Positions 50,057 to 63,530 of a stretch of 64,000 nt of DNA are shown here, one piece after another. Source of the stretch: Azolla caroliniana (taxonomy: Eukaryota; Plantae; Polypodiophyta); the NCBI GenBank assembly GCA_043228905.1, contig JBHGNT010000001.1, positions 18,042,001-18,106,000 of the forward strand, read 5' to 3'. Numbering within the stretch: position 1 is the first letter of the stretch; each line of letters starts with the position of its first letter. Both the position numbers and the translations under genes were made by a program. The notes below the pieces were generated by a model. It was not told where the DNA came from. It did no database searches and saw nothing but the letters and a program-made list of their open reading frames with translations.

Positions 50057-53000
50057 GTATCTTTGTCGGTGTCTTTGGAGTTCCTTCTTTCTAGTTTCTG
50101 TACATAGGATGCGTGTGCCTAGTAAGTGTTGCGTGCACACCCTTTTCCCTCTCTCATATGGTTGCTCCTTGTTCGTATCCGGAATCGCTCTGGTTGGTGT
50201 CTTGGCCGGTCGCGAGAAGAAGCGAGGCTCGACCTTCCATACTCCGTCTCTCTCTCGTCCGAGACCCCCATGGTTCCGCCCCTTCTACACGCACGCGCGT
50301 AACAACGTGACATCTTTGGTGAACCCGATGTGAAGGGCGGCAAGGGAGAATGGAGTTCGAAGAGAACGACTTCACACAACTTTTTGTCGAAGCGGTGAGG
50401 GAGTTTGGACGAGCAACAACAAGAAGAGAGACGGTGCAGCAAGCTGTCGAATGCGTGGTCGAAAGAGTCGGCCATTTCAACAGAGGACAAGGTTCCATAC
50501 TACTTGGAAGCCTACAACGCGGAAATGGAGGAGCGAGGCGTAGACAAGGCGTTGAGGCTGGAGTTCTTCTGTCGGGTCGTCGTCGTCTGTATGCACGCGG
50601 AAGTGAAGGAGCTCCGAGAAGCTCATAGTTCGTGGGAGGACTTCGAAGAGGCGCTCCTACAGGCATATGGGGGACGGCGGAAGAGCCAGGGACGATGTGG
50701 GTTCGACTAGTGGGTTACGTCGGCGAAGACACACCGGGGCGCAATGAAGGCGTTCCGAGAGTTCGAGCAACGACTTGCTCGGCTCCGGGAGCGGGAACAA
50801 GGTTTGGTGGGGGCGGACAAAGTCCTGTGGTTCGTTAAGTCGATCGACCGAGCGGAACAGGACACCATCGGGATTGAGCTCGAAGACGAGGACGGAGCAA
50901 ATGGCCTCATCGAGGACTGGTCGAAGGTCCGAAGAGTATGCCAAAGGCTAGATGACGAGCGCGTCGAAAAGGCTAGAAGGAAAGCGCGCGACGATGCGCC
51001 ATCACAGCGGGAAGAGGCCGAACGCCAAAGAGAGTTGGCAAGCCTCATCTTCGCGGCCAGGATTGCGGAGGCGTACGCAGCTCTCGAGGCAATGCTCGAG
51101 GAAGAGGAAAGATCGAGGCCGCAAGCCGACGCCAAGGAGACGAACTTGCCCCACGAGATGGCAGAAGACTGGTACCACGGTACCACGAGAGAGGGTGCGG
51201 CCGAGGACAAGGCCGGGATACCGATCACAAAATCGGAACGTTGGGACCGGCGGTTCGGGCGCGTCAACCCAAAACTCCAAACATTGGAGAATCAAGCCCA
51301 AGCGGGGCTTGGTTGATCACAAAGCGGATGTTATCCACCAACACCACTAAAAGAGTTGATGGCCCGGGCATGTCGAAGAAAGATGTTACGAAATCAGTCC
51401 CCACATCTTGACCAGAGACTTCGACAATTCGAGCCAACATGGCAACGTGAGACCGAAAGAGAAAGGAGATGGTGGGGAAGCGTAGAAAAGGGGATCAACG
51501 ACAACAAAGTAGGTAGAAGTACAAGGGATGAAGCGGAGAACGAAGACCATTCCTAGGGAGATCCTCGCACCGATCCGGCGGTCGGCCCAAGAGCCGGCGT
51601 GAGTCCTATAGGAGAGAACGGTGGTGGCAGGAAAACGGGACCCAACAATCCAGAGAATGACGGGCCGACCCGGATAAAAATTGATTTGGAAGAGAGGAGA
51701 GAGCAGGCCTACTAAGAGGCTGGTAACACGGTACGTCGGTACCACGGGAGAGAGTGTGGAGTGAGCCACCCTCTCGACTTGCGGACAAAGACGACCCAGG
51801 ATAAGGGTCGAAGACTAAACGGAGGCCCAAGGAGGATCCTTCACACTGGTTCTAGAGACTCCAGTGGTCGGCCCGAGAGCTGGCGTGAGACCTAGAGTGA
51901 TGATCGGTGGCGGCGAGCGGACAAAGGCAAAGAACTACGGATGGGCGGTTTGTGGAGATCCTCACACCGATCTGGCGGTCGGCTCGAGTGCCGGCATGAG
52001 TCCTATAGGAGAGATAGATGGTGGCAGGTGAATGTGACCAGCGGAAGAGGCCAACACAAAGGTCGGTGAAAGAGCAAGCCAGAAGGGGAGGTCCACGAAG
52101 ATCCTCGCACCGATTTGGCGGTCGACCCGAGTGCCGGCGTGAGTCCTATAGGAGAGATCGGTGGCAGCAGGTGAACGTGACCAGCGGAAGAGGCTGATGC
52201 AAAGGTCGGTGAAATGGTAAGCAAGAAGGGGAGGTCCCACGAAGATCCTCACACCGATTTGGCGGTCGGCCCGAGTGCCGGCATGAGTCCTATAGGAGAG
52301 ATCGGTGGCGGTAGGTGAACGTGACCAGCGGAAGAGGCCGACGCAAAGGTCAGTGAAACGGCAAGCGATGTTGTTATGACCTTACACACATCGGTTCTAG
52401 ACACTCCGGTGGTCAGCCCGAGAGCCGACATGAGACCAAGAGGGAAGAACGGGGGCGGCAACAAGGTGGGCAATAGAGACGGCAGAAGGGGAGGTCCCAC
52501 GAAGATCCTCACACCGAACCGGCGGTCGGCCCCAGTGCCGGTGTGAGTCCTATACAAGGGACGGTGGCAGTAGGTGAACGTGATCAGACGACGGAAAGCA
52601 GAGTGAAAGGAGGTATGAGGCCGGCGAGGGGGCCACGAACTGGATACGGACCCGACTGGCAGAGTCAGCAAGACAAAGATCAGACACGGTTGGCACACGA
52701 GTCGGTGACCCAACAAGACAGAGGCCCAAGAAGGATCCTTCACACCTGTCCGGAGACCCCGGTTGTTCGGCTGATGGGGCAACGTGAGACAGAGCGTAAT
52801 GGAAGGTGGCGGCAAGGCGGCAACAGCAGAGGCACCGACCAAACGAGGCGTTACGTGAGAGGAAGCTATGCGGGCCAGGACGCGGCAAGGGTGATCTTCC
52901 GGTGATCTGTCGGGGACACCCGGCTAAGGAACGGTGTGCCGAGCCGGAAAGGGGCCTACCCGGAAGCGGAACAAAAGACGTGTTTGTGGCCATCGAGGGC

Positions 53001-53990
53001 CAACGCAAGCATGGGAACGGGATAGTGTTCGGTATAGACAGTGCCGGACAAGAAGGGCGGAAGACAGCACATGGCGGATTCAGAGGATGAAGGGTAAGCG
53101 CGGGCCGGTCTTCTCCGGCAAGGGTCTATTTTGGTGCATACCGGTGGATGCGCGGTTAGGTGGGGGCAGATGTCATGGAGAAAACCGTCCCTAGGCGGAA
53201 TCAGAGAATATCGGGAGAATCGGCGGAGAGCATAATGTACACTCACCCTTGTATAGACATGTGAATAATAGGGGGTGCCTTTATGGCGCCGAGTGGGAGT
53301 CAAGTCGGGACAAAGAATCTCATGTAAATCGGGATTTATCCCACATTGTAACGCATCCCTCTCCTTGTTCTATAAAAAAGGAAGGGATGGTCCCTTGTAG
53401 TGGGGTTGCCCATTTTGAGTTAGGAGGGTATACCACTTAGGTCGAAGGTGTGTTAGTTCTTCCTCTTCTTACTTTAGAGTTCTTTGAGGTCTTCTTCTTC
53501 ATGTCTGTTTAGGGTTTTAGCCGGGTAAAGAGCTTGGATGTTCTATGGGGGCTTATTTCTGCTCGGCCTCCTCTGCAAGACCCTGCTCGGCTTGACGAGC
53601 CCGAGAGTTCCCCGACGGCGGCTTGGCGGTGGACTGCTGTTGTGACCTAGCCTACCTCAGTTCGGCTCGGAGCCAGAGTTGTATCTTGCTCTTGTACATA
53701 CACAGATATATATATAGTGAAGTTTTGTGCATTTGTGTCTTTGTCGGTGTCTTTGGAGTTCCTTCTTTCTAGTTTCTGTACATAGGATGCGTGTGCCTAG
53801 TAAGTGTTGCGTGCACGCCCTTTTCCCTCTCTCATACGGTTGCTCCCTGTTCGTATCCGGAATCGCTCTGGTGGGTGTCTTGGCCGGTCGCGGGAAGAAG
53901 CGAGGCTCGACCTTCCATAATCCGTCTCTCTCTCGTCCGAGACCCCCGTGGTCCCGCCCCTTCTACACGCACGCACGTAACAACGCGACA
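50057..53990 (+). mobile_element. Non-autonomous gypsy-like LTR element (partial 5' LTR 50057-50312, 3' LTR 53171-53990) with degenerate gag and internal tandem repeats
   Basis: 50060-50312 is a direct repeat of about 53738-53990. PBS TGGTGAACCCGATGTGA at 50317-50333 and PPT-like AGGTGGGGGCAGA before TGTCA at 53171. Gag-like frames (YLEAYNAEMEERGV...SWEDFEEALLQAY). No pol motifs. Confidence 0.85.
51555..52580 (+). repeat. Internal tandem repeats of about 140 bp in the non-autonomous element
   Basis: GATCCTC(G/A)CACCGAT.TGGCGGTCGGCCCGAGTGCCGGC(G/A)TGAGTCCTATAGGAGAGA occurs near 51560, 51957, 52100, 52244 and 52504. Confidence 0.85.
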
Positions 53991-55139
53991 ACGTGTCGAA
54001 GGTGCTCCAACGGCTCAACATGACGGATGCGAAGCTGGTCAGATCGACAAGTCTTCCTGCAAATTGCAAGTTGTCCGAAAAACAGAGCCCAAAGACGAAG
54101 GCAGAGAAGTTGGAGATGATGAAGATACTAGATGCTTTTGTCGTCGGATGTTTGATGTATGCAATGGTGTGTACTTGGCCGGATATTGGATATGTTGTCG
54201 GAGTGGTAAGCCGGTTCAGGTGCAATCGTGGAAGAGAACATTGGACCGCGGTCAAGTGGATACTCTAGAACTTAAAAGGCACCTCCAGTATGTACCTCTG
54301 ATTCGGCTCAAGTAGACCCCAACATGGAGGATTCACGGATTCAGATATGTCGGCTAATGCGGATACCAACTGGCCAACGTGTGGATATGTTATGACTTAT
54401 GCAGGGGGGCTGTATCGTGGCACTCGAGGCTGTAGAAGTCCGTTGTACTATCGACAATGAAAGCGAAGTACATGGCGCTTGTAGTAGCTGGTAAAGAGGT
54501 AATCTAGGTGAGAGATTTCATTAGAGAGCTAGGGATCCGGTAGGAGGAATTCCAGCTCTAATGCGACAGTCAGAGTGTCGTCGACCTTGCGAAGAACACG
54601 ACCTGCCACTCACAGACCAAGCACATCCAGAAGAGATATCACTAGCTTCGCGAGAAGATAGAAGATAAAGAGTTCTTGCTGAAAAGATCCATATAGAGGA
54701 GAATGGGTCGGACATGCTAACCAAGGTGCTATCAGCCGACAAGCTGGATGTGTGCAGAAGACAGATCGAATTGACAAGAAATCCCATGTCGGAGTGAAGG
54801 AGGAGCTTGTTGGCAATTCGGTCCCTCCCGATGGGATCTGGATGAGACGGATCGGACAAACCGAAGGAAGGAACCAGACCGGACGGATTCGGAAGGTATC
54901 CAGATGTATCCAGTGTGAACCAGATCCAAGGACATATCTGTAAATATGTTTCTAGTGTGCCGGTCATGGCCATATTTGTAAATACGCCTAAATTCATATA
55001 AGTGGTTTTTCCCTATCAGGGTTTTCCACGTAAACATCCAGAGTCCTCTTTGTTGTCGATGTAAGTGTATTAATCTCCATTTTTGTTTTGTTCTTCCATT
55101 GAGTTTAAGACTCCGTTGTTGCCGAGCGCTATTCCACGC

Positions 55140-56216
55140 GGATGAACATATCGAAGTTCAACTTCACTGCTGAGGACCTGTTGGCGCACAAAGTGATAAT
55201 GCACTTCTATGTGCTTTGTTCGAGCATGGAACATTGGGTTCTTGGCCAATTGCATGCTACTTATGTTGTCATAGTAGATCAGGATTGAAGTCGGTACTTC
55301 GATCCGGAGGTCTTGTAGTAGCCGTCGAAGCCATATGGCTTCACAAGTGGCAACGGTGGCCCGATACTCAATCTCAGTGTTCGATAGAGCCACTATTGGC
55401 TGTTTTTTGCTACTCCATGCAACAACTACGCTACTAAGAGAGAAAATATAACCGGAAGTGCACCGATGATCCGACACGTCACCGGCCCATTCGGCATCCA
55501 TATAACCGACTAGCTTTTTCTCCATGGTCAGCTTCTGCATAAACTGACTTATCACCCCGATCGGATAGCTGATGTCGGGTCGAGCGATAGTAAGATATAT
55601 TAAGCTTCCGACAATTTGTCAGAACCTTCTCTCATTGCAGGCTGGTCCGGAGTTGTGACGAAGCTTCAGGTTCCGGTCCAGGGGTGTGGAGACTAGTTGG
55701 CAATCCGTCATGCCGAACTTATACAACATATTCAACACATAGTGTCACGGTGAGAGCAATATGGCGCCGGGGTATGGATCACTTCGATTCTGAGGAAATA
55801 ATGAAGGTCCCACAAGTCCTTTATTTCAAATGCATTTGACAACTAGGACTTCACTCGGCTGATTTCAACGAGTCCGAGTTCAGTGATGACTAGATTATCC
55901 ACATATAGAAATAACATATTGAACTGTCCAGACCTTTCTGGATGAACAACGAAGAGTCAGACTACGAGGCTGGAAACCCCATCTTACGCAACGGGTGCGT
56001 TATCTTTGAATTCCAAGCATGCGGGGCTTGCTTCAAGCCATAAAGTGACTTCTTGAGCCGGTAGACTATCGACTTGTTCATCGCCGACTGAAAACCGAGG
56101 GCCTAGATCATGTAGACTTGTTCTTCAAGATCACCTTGAAGAAACACATTCTTCACGTCCAGTTCGTGAAGATGTCACCCCCTTGCCGCAAGAACCGCTA
56201 GTACCACACAAACCTT
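55140..56216 (-). mobile_element. Reverse copia RT/RNase H fragment 'F' (same family as C)
   Basis: ORF 55070-55555 carries AWSSKKQP.VALS and HARTKHIEVHYHFVR. Upstream are [12 protein letters not shown] and [10 protein letters not shown]. Confidence 0.9.
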
Positions 56217-58828
56217 AGCCTTGCTCTGTCCGCTCCCCGGTTCCTCTCTACCCTAGGTTTCCACCACCACAATCGGAGCCGGTTCTTTCACCCGTTGCTC
56301 CTGACCCTGCTTCTTTGCGTGTCCTTCTAAGGTTTTGGCCGGTTCCTCCTCTGCCTCCTCTTCTATGCTCTCCAGACGGATTTTGTGTATAAAGTGCTCC
56401 GGTTCTTGGTCTTGCCGGCTCAATGTGATTTTGATCGGCTTCATTCCCGCTGGAGCTGTCTCCTCCGCTTCTTGTCTCCGATTAGTTGGCTTAGCTAGTC
56501 TCTCCGTGTCTTTCTCCGCCGGTTCTGGTCTCCATCTAGTTTGACCTTCCTCCTATTGTGATGTGTCCTCTGAGGTCCATCCTGGGGTGTGCTTTTCTAG
56601 GAGTTGTCGCCTCTCAGTTGCTTTCTTGGGCGTTGTTTCTGGTCGGCCCCTCTTTTTAGCTTTGGTGGTGATGATGGAAGGTACTAATAAGGTTAGCCAC
56701 TGTGCTACCCCTGTCCAAGATTTCTTCCCTTCCGCCACAGATTCTATGGCAGATTTCAAGCATTCGGTGATGATCTTCACCCAATCCACCTTCAGTCCCT
56801 CGTATGGTGCTATAATGAATCTGGTTCTGTATTTTGGTATGGCTAGCCGTTGTGAATGCACGAACCCATATTCTAGTAGCACCAGGGACACCTCCTGGAA
56901 TAGAGGGTCTTCTCCCCCTTGCGTTCAGTATGCCTTGATGTTGACAGAATACTCATTGAAATACTCGTTTAATGTCTCGGTGGATGGGCTCTCCAATGCT
57001 CGAAGTCCCCCCGCTTGTAATCTTGTGAGAGCCTCGACTGTGCCCTTCGTTATTTCTTCAAGGTCGATCGTTGGTGCGACCTATTCCGGGTCCTCATGCG
57101 GTGGTGTGCCTGTGATGCGAAGGAATCCCTCGAGTCCATTCTTTGTGAAACATTCGCATGCTGCATTGGAAAGCGCCATGGGACCTGAGTCTTCTTCGTC
57201 ATTGTCGGTGTGCTTCTCTGCGAGGAGGTTGTGCTCTGTGTGTTTGAGGGTTCGTGTGCTTTTCTGCGCTCGCTACAATCGAAGTTCTCTAAGGGCCATT
57301 CCCTCAGTTGACATTTGATTTTGTACCTCCATCTTCTTGAGCTGCTAGTTCTTGGTTCTTGCGCATGCATGCTCCGGACCATAATTAGTATGTGTACCCT
57401 AGTCTTGTGCTTTAAATTGCCGCCTCCGCCTTTTTACTAGCATCTATTCGCAATAATATCTTTGCCCTAATAATAGCCGTCCCACCTTTTGCTTCCTCCA
57501 CCTTTTTGCATGATGACCGTTGTTTTCTGATTACTTTTCTTTTCTTAATTTCTTCTGTTTTTTTTTCTAGATGTCCTTACTTGCCGATGGTGCCCAGTTC
57601 CACCGAATCGGTTGCCTCCGGTGCCTCCGGTGCCTCCCTACTTTCTGACGGTGTCATGCCGCCTTTTGTCCGGTTTTTGGTGTTTTGTGGGTTCTCTTCT
57701 TCTTTAAACGGATTTTCCGGCATCTATCCTTTGTATGGTTTCAGTTGGAATACGTTGACCCATTTGCTTAGAAATTCTCCGGCTAACGTGCCTAGCTAGT
57801 AGGACCCATTAAACTCCCTTGTTACCCAGAATGGGCTGGTCCACCGAAACCGTAACTTCCCCGACATGTTGCCCATCCGGGTCTGGAAAACCAATACCAG
57901 TTTTCCGATGCCGAACTCCTTCTCGTTGTCGCGTCGATGCCTGTCCACAAAGGTTTTCCGTCATCGTTGCTCTAGCTCTAGCTCTAGCTATATTAAGCTA
58001 GTTATCCGATGCTCCTCTAGTTCGCACAACGTTGCCAACTGGATCATCTCCAACTCCTTTTCACTCAGATGCTCTTTGACTTGGATTCGCAAACTCGGAA
58101 TGTGAAACTCAACTGGCATGACTGCTTCCAATCCGAATGCTAACCGGAACGAGGTAGTGTGTATGCTTGTCTTGTAGATTGTCTGGTACGCCCATAACGC
58201 GCTCTACAACTTTGTGTCCCAATCCGTTCGGTTTTTGTTGACGATTTTCCGGAGTATATTCTATAGTGTCTTATTTGTGGATTTGGCTAGTCCGTTTGCC
58301 TGTGGGTAGTACGGGGTACTACGTTTGTGGACTACCGCATAACATGTTGTGAAGCTCTCCACAACTTCGCCCAGGGAGTGTCCTCCTTGATCGCTTATTA
58401 GTTCAATTGGACAGGCATATCAGCACCATATAAACTCATATAGAAACTTTGTTGTGGATGCCGCCGTATTATCCCTGAGTGCCTTTGCTTCCACCCATTT
58501 AGTACAGTAGTCGGTGGTGACGATAATGTATCTGTTACCAGTTCTCATTGTCGTTGGTTGGAATGGTCCGACAAAGTCTAGTCCCCATTTCTGGAATGGT
58601 TCTAATGGTAATACCGGGTAATGGGGCATTCGGGCTTGCTCGGTTGGTTGGCCTAATCGTTGGTAGAGGTCTCATTCCTTACCGTACCTGATGGAATCTT
58701 TTAAGGTTTTCGGCCACCATAACCCACTTTCCCATATCTTGTGGGTTGTCGTGTCATAGGCATAGTGGCCTCCGGCTATTCCGCAGTGGGCTTCTCTTAA
58801 AATCGTTTCTTTTTCGTCGTTGCGTTTT
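56217..58828 (-). mobile_element. Non-chromovirus gypsy fragment 'G': integrase plus a downstream extra ORF (from about 57314)
   Basis: [49 protein letters not shown] and a GPF-like KLRFRWTSPF. After a pol stop, a second degenerate reading frame starts at ATG 57314. Confidence 0.85.
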
Positions 58829-59231
58829 TGTTACGAATAGATTGCAAGATGGAGATGTGAAACTTGTGAATCCCCCGAGTATGATGTATTAGTGGATACT
58901 TAGATTGTAATGAATCCCACAAATATTTTGTATTAATCAATCCTTATAAAAAATCAACAACCCCTATACATCTTTCTCTCTTCCTTATATAGTGTTGGAA
59001 GAGTCTAAGTTTATCACATGCAAGCATCATGCTTTTCCTAACTTTAGTTTTCATGCACACTGCATGTGCATGATTAGCTTTCTATCCCATCTTTTCTTTT
59101 AACTCGAGTGTGTATGGATGAATAACTTATTGTACCATGCATGTCTAGAATATTTACATGGGATAAAGTTTAGTATAACTTTAAAATTCATAATACGCTA
59201 GTATAGTGGTAAGGCTTAAAAATTGTTAACA
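58829..59231. repeat. Possible LTR (TGTTA...TAACA), AT-rich
   Basis: Terminal inverted pentamers and an abrupt composition change interrupt the G integrase. No TSD and no second copy seen. Confidence 0.4.
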
Positions 59232-59399
59232 TGGAGCTACAGTGTTCGAATCGTGCCCTATGCATGTAATGTTCAATCTTTTCTTCTATTTACAAATTTG
59301 TCTCTTCATCCGGTGAGAGACTCTCACCGGCCTTCTTTATCTGGCTCTTGCTGGTTCATACCGGGTCTCCTTACCGGTTCCTCCTTACCGATTCAATCC

Positions 59400-62300
59400 T
59401 TCATCCGGTTCTCACCGGTTCCTCCTTACCAGTTCCTCCTTGCTGGTTCCATCCAGAGGGACAAAAATGCATTTTTTCACGTAGTGTGCGAATAAAACTA
59501 CGACACTCGCCGCCTCTAAACCCGCACATCCTCCGGTATGTGCAGAAGTTCCCGATGCATGTTGCTCGTCTTCATCCGTAGCACTACCCAATTCCTCCCT
59601 TATATCAACCATCAATTGTAGACCACTTTCTTCGCTTTCCGCATCACCGCGATCTTTGTCCGGTTGCTCCTCGTTCTTGGTCTTGTCTAGGGTTACATAG
59701 GGTTCGTCATCAGTCCGTTTCTTGAAGATCCTTACCCGTTTCCCCGCTATAGGCACTCGTAGTATCGTCCCATCCAACTAGCATAGTCGGTAAGTTCCGT
59801 TGGTGAAAACTTTTCAAACCTTGTATGGACTGAACCACCTTTTCGTGAACTTCCGTATCGTTGTATGTTGATGATCCAGACTACTGTCATAGACAATCAC
59901 CCAATCTCCTTCTTCAATCTTCCGTTGTCGTAGTCGATGTTTTGTATCGAATCTGCTTTTGTTCCTCAATCACTCTTCTTGTTGTCGGCGTGTTGCTTCT
60001 GCTATGTCTTCCGGTCTTCCCTCTAGTTGTCGTATTCGGACCGCTAGTAGTTCTTCGCGGCTCATCTCTTCCTTCCACGGTAGCATTTTCCATGTCGCGA
60101 TCGCGGTTTCTGTCGGCATTACCGGTGCTTGTCCGATCATAAGTTCTGTTGCCATATAACCGGTTACGGAGCTATGCGTCGTCCGATCCGCCCATAGTGC
60201 ATACGGGAGCATTTGTGGCCAATCCTTCACCCTTTCGTCGCATGCTTTGGCAAGCGCTTTGACAATTGGACTATGTCCTCATTCGATTTTCCCGTTGGCC
60301 TCCTACGCACCTATACCTACAAAACACCTCCTCCAAAAGAAATTGGCATACCACAGAACACGTTTTCCTTCGTAGCGCCCAACCTTCTACTTGGTTTGTG
60401 AGATGTTCCCGAGCTAACACCAAGTACTTCTTTTGTCCGATCCCAGTTGGTATGTATACAATGTCGACCATCCATTTGAAGTTGATTGTCGGTGAGAATG
60501 TCGGATGTAACTCATCTCGGTGTCGAACTCCGGAGTAGATTTGACACTTCTCACAGCTTTCCGTGAACTCCGCTATATCTTTGTACATATTCTTCCACCA
60601 ATATTTTTGTTTGATTTTCACTAAAGTTTCCCATGTTCCTCAATGTCCAGCTGAATCGAATTCGTGAAACTCGGACATTATCCGGTTTCGTTGCTCTTTC
60701 ATCCCGACTACCCGAAGTGGTATGCCATCCGGTCTTTTCGCCTCCCTCCATATTAATCCATTTTTCAAGAAGAACTTTCGGACTTTCCGCTTCTTACTTC
60801 GGATCTCGGCTCTCTTCTCTTTATTGTCCGATGATTCCTCGATTTCTTGTAGCACTTTCCCGATCAACAGGCTTTCTCCCTCGTATTCTTCTTCCCAGAA
60901 TTCTCGGATTACGTTCACCCGACATACGTGCTCCGAAGCAAAGTAGTCTTCGGAAACTTCTTCATTATCAAATTCGGTTATGTCGTCTCCGAACCGCGCC
61001 CTTGATACCATATCCGCTACCGCATTGTCTTTTCCAGAGATGTGTCGTACCTCCGGATTAAGTGACTTAACATATGCAATCCATCTTAGCATAGCCACAT
61101 CCGGTATCGTGCAACACCGCATCATCCCGAGTATCGAAAGACGATTCGTTTCGATCACTACTTCGGCTCCAATCAAATAATCTCGATCCGATTTGATTGC
61201 CGACATGACTCCCCATAATTCTCTTTTGACTTGTGCATATCTGCGTTGCCTTTTGTTGAGAACCTTTTCTCCAAATCGGATCGGATATTGCAAACCATCC
61301 GAGTCGGCTTGATTGATGACCCATCCGATCCCGGTTGGGCTTGTATCAACCATTACTGTAACCGATCGGTCATAGTTCAGCTTCTTTAGTGCTTTTGCCC
61401 TCCGTAGTGATTTCTTGAGCTTCTTCATGGCTTTGGTATGCTCCGGTTTCCATTCAAACTTCTTCCCCTTCTGCAACAAGTGATAGAGTGGGTAATCCAT
61501 ATATGGTAAAATGCACATGCCCCAAGAAATCTACGAACTTCGGATTGCGACTCGCATATCTCTTTCATAGCATGTATCGCATCGACCTTGGTTGGTGACG
61601 GTCTTCGGCCGTAGGGCCCACATAGATGTCCGACTACCAATATTTCTTCTTGGCCGAATGCCGATTCTCTCCAGAAAGTGTTAGGTGCACATCTTCTAAC
61701 TTTCGTAGCACTTTCTCGCAATTGCGAATATGGTCGACTACAGACTGTCGACATCCCCGATCATCCTTAGCCTCATCTTTTTCTTTTACTGCGCATCCTC
61801 TCATCGGAATGTCATCTAGGAACGACATCGTTATCTCCGGAATGCAGTCTCGAAGCACCTTGTTCATTGCATTCATCATATGTGCGACCGAGTTTGTCGC
61901 GCCTTGTGGTAGGGTACACATCCGGACTAATCCTATCGATGTTCGCATGGTGGTGATGTCTCGGCTCTCCATGGCTAGTTGGAATTGGTCATATCCGAAG
62001 TATAGGTCTCCGATGGAGTATATCGCACGTCCGGCAAATGCTTCCGCAAATTTGTCCACTATCGGACCAACTCCGGAGTTCCGGATCGTGACCTTGTTCA
62101 CCGGTTGCAAGTCTTGGATAAATCGGAGTGACCCATTCTTCTTCGGAACCATAAACCATCGATTTGAGTACGGAGCATTTGATGGCTTTAGAATCCCCAT
62201 CGCCACCTTCTCCTTGAGCAAGTCGATGACTTTCGGAATATGCACCCATGGCACCGGAATCAGCTTCAGGTTCCACGGCACATGGTCAATCGTGAAGATC

Positions 62301-62889
62301 ACCATCGGCTCCACTATCTTCGGATCAACACACCCTATCTCCTTCGATGTGAATGCAAATGCTTTCCCATGTTGTTCCAACATCCCACAAAACCGTTCTT
62401 CTTCATTTTCTAAAAGGAAACCACCTCCACCGATTTGAAGTTTCTTCCGGGTCTCATCCATGAAGGCATGTCGAATATGCACAAACTTCCGAAGTGTCGG
62501 ATCTCCCGAGACTGCTTTCCTCTTTTGCTCGCTATTGGCGGGTAATGGTCCCGCGACCGGTTTCACTATCTTCTCCACGGTCTTGTATTTCGTACTTACC
62601 ATTGCTTCTTCTTTGCGGAGCGCATCCGGCCCCATTTTCGCAATGATCTCGTACATCTTCACCGATTCCACCAGAACTACCTGGTCTCCTTGGCTTTTAT
62701 CCTCCACAACCTCTTCAAGCCATTGTAGCGTGTTCCCATAGAATACTTCTTCGACTACCCCCACGATTTCTTCGTCTTCTTTTATTATTGATGCCGAGAG
62801 TTTTCTTCCTGTGTGGGGTATCAAGGCTTCTCGGACTATCACTTCTCCACTCCGTAACAGTCCGTTGTCGTGTGAATCTTCACACACTA
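59400..62889 (-). mobile_element. Ty3/gypsy pol fragment 'H' (RT-RNase H-INT), degenerate
   Basis: RT GSLRFIQDLQPVN..LPQGATNS..FLDD (ORF 61634-62887), RH VDTSPTGIGW..YAQVKREL..HISGKDNAVAD, and INT KYWWKNMY..CEKCQ, ALWADRTT, LDGTILRVPIAGKRV. Confidence 0.92.
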
Positions 62890-63179
62890 TGTAAAAAAAT
62901 AATGAAATAATTATTATAGATTAGATTAGTAGCTTACTATAGAAAGATGGATATACTCAAGAGCTTCAAAATGTATTTTTCTATATATATACAAAATAGA
63001 GAAATACATATCAAGTTATGTGAAAATCAAGTTTGAGAAGATAGGGAAATTAGAACTATCCCACATAGATAGGAAACTTAAGGCCCTAGATATATAAGCA
63101 CCTTGAGCTCCCTCATTTTTCATTTGTGCTAAGAGCACTTTGGCCACTTTGTCTTGATGGATGATGGTGGCCAAGTTCC

Positions 63180-63530
63180 CAAAAACCGAAAACCGGCTGG
63201 TAAGCAAATCCGAAAACCGGCTGGTATGCAAACTGGAATCCGATCGGTAAGCAAAACCGAAATGCGGAAACCGACCGGTATGCAAATCCGGAAACCGGTC
63301 GGTATGCAAAACGAAAACCGGCTAGTAAGTAAAACCGGAATCCGAAAATCGGTTGGTAAGCAAAACCGGAATCCGGAAACCGGCTGGTATGCAAATCTGG
63401 AAACCGGCCGGTAAGCAAAAACGGAACCGGAATTGGTAATCAAACCGGAACCGGCCGGCAAGCAAAACCGGAACCGGAACCGGCAAGCAAAATCGGAATC
63501 GAAACCAGCAAGCAAACTGGAACCGGCTAC
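63180..63530. repeat. Degenerate CCGG-rich short tandem repeat (AAACCGG.../GGTA(T/A)GCAAA)
   Basis: Direct observation. Probably part of another retroelement that begins near 62890. Confidence 0.8.

Larger units (their letters stand above)
46885..55138 (+). mobile_element. Ty1/copia element 'D' (different lineage), LTRs truncated, RT interrupted by a nested element
   Basis: PBS TGGTATTAGAGC at 46991-47002 and gag ATG at 47017 (KLTGSNYSVWK, CFYCGKLGHIQKNC). PR/INT ORF 47779-49521, RT at 49528-50056 and 53991 onward, RH to about 54780. PPT at 54796-54805 and 3' LTR from 54808. Confidence 0.92.

Noticed and set aside
56563-57318. 251-aa plus-strand ORF (and similar ones such as 61626-62438 and 34822-35520)
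   Set aside because: Antisense to recognisable retroelement coding frames, with no independent motifs.
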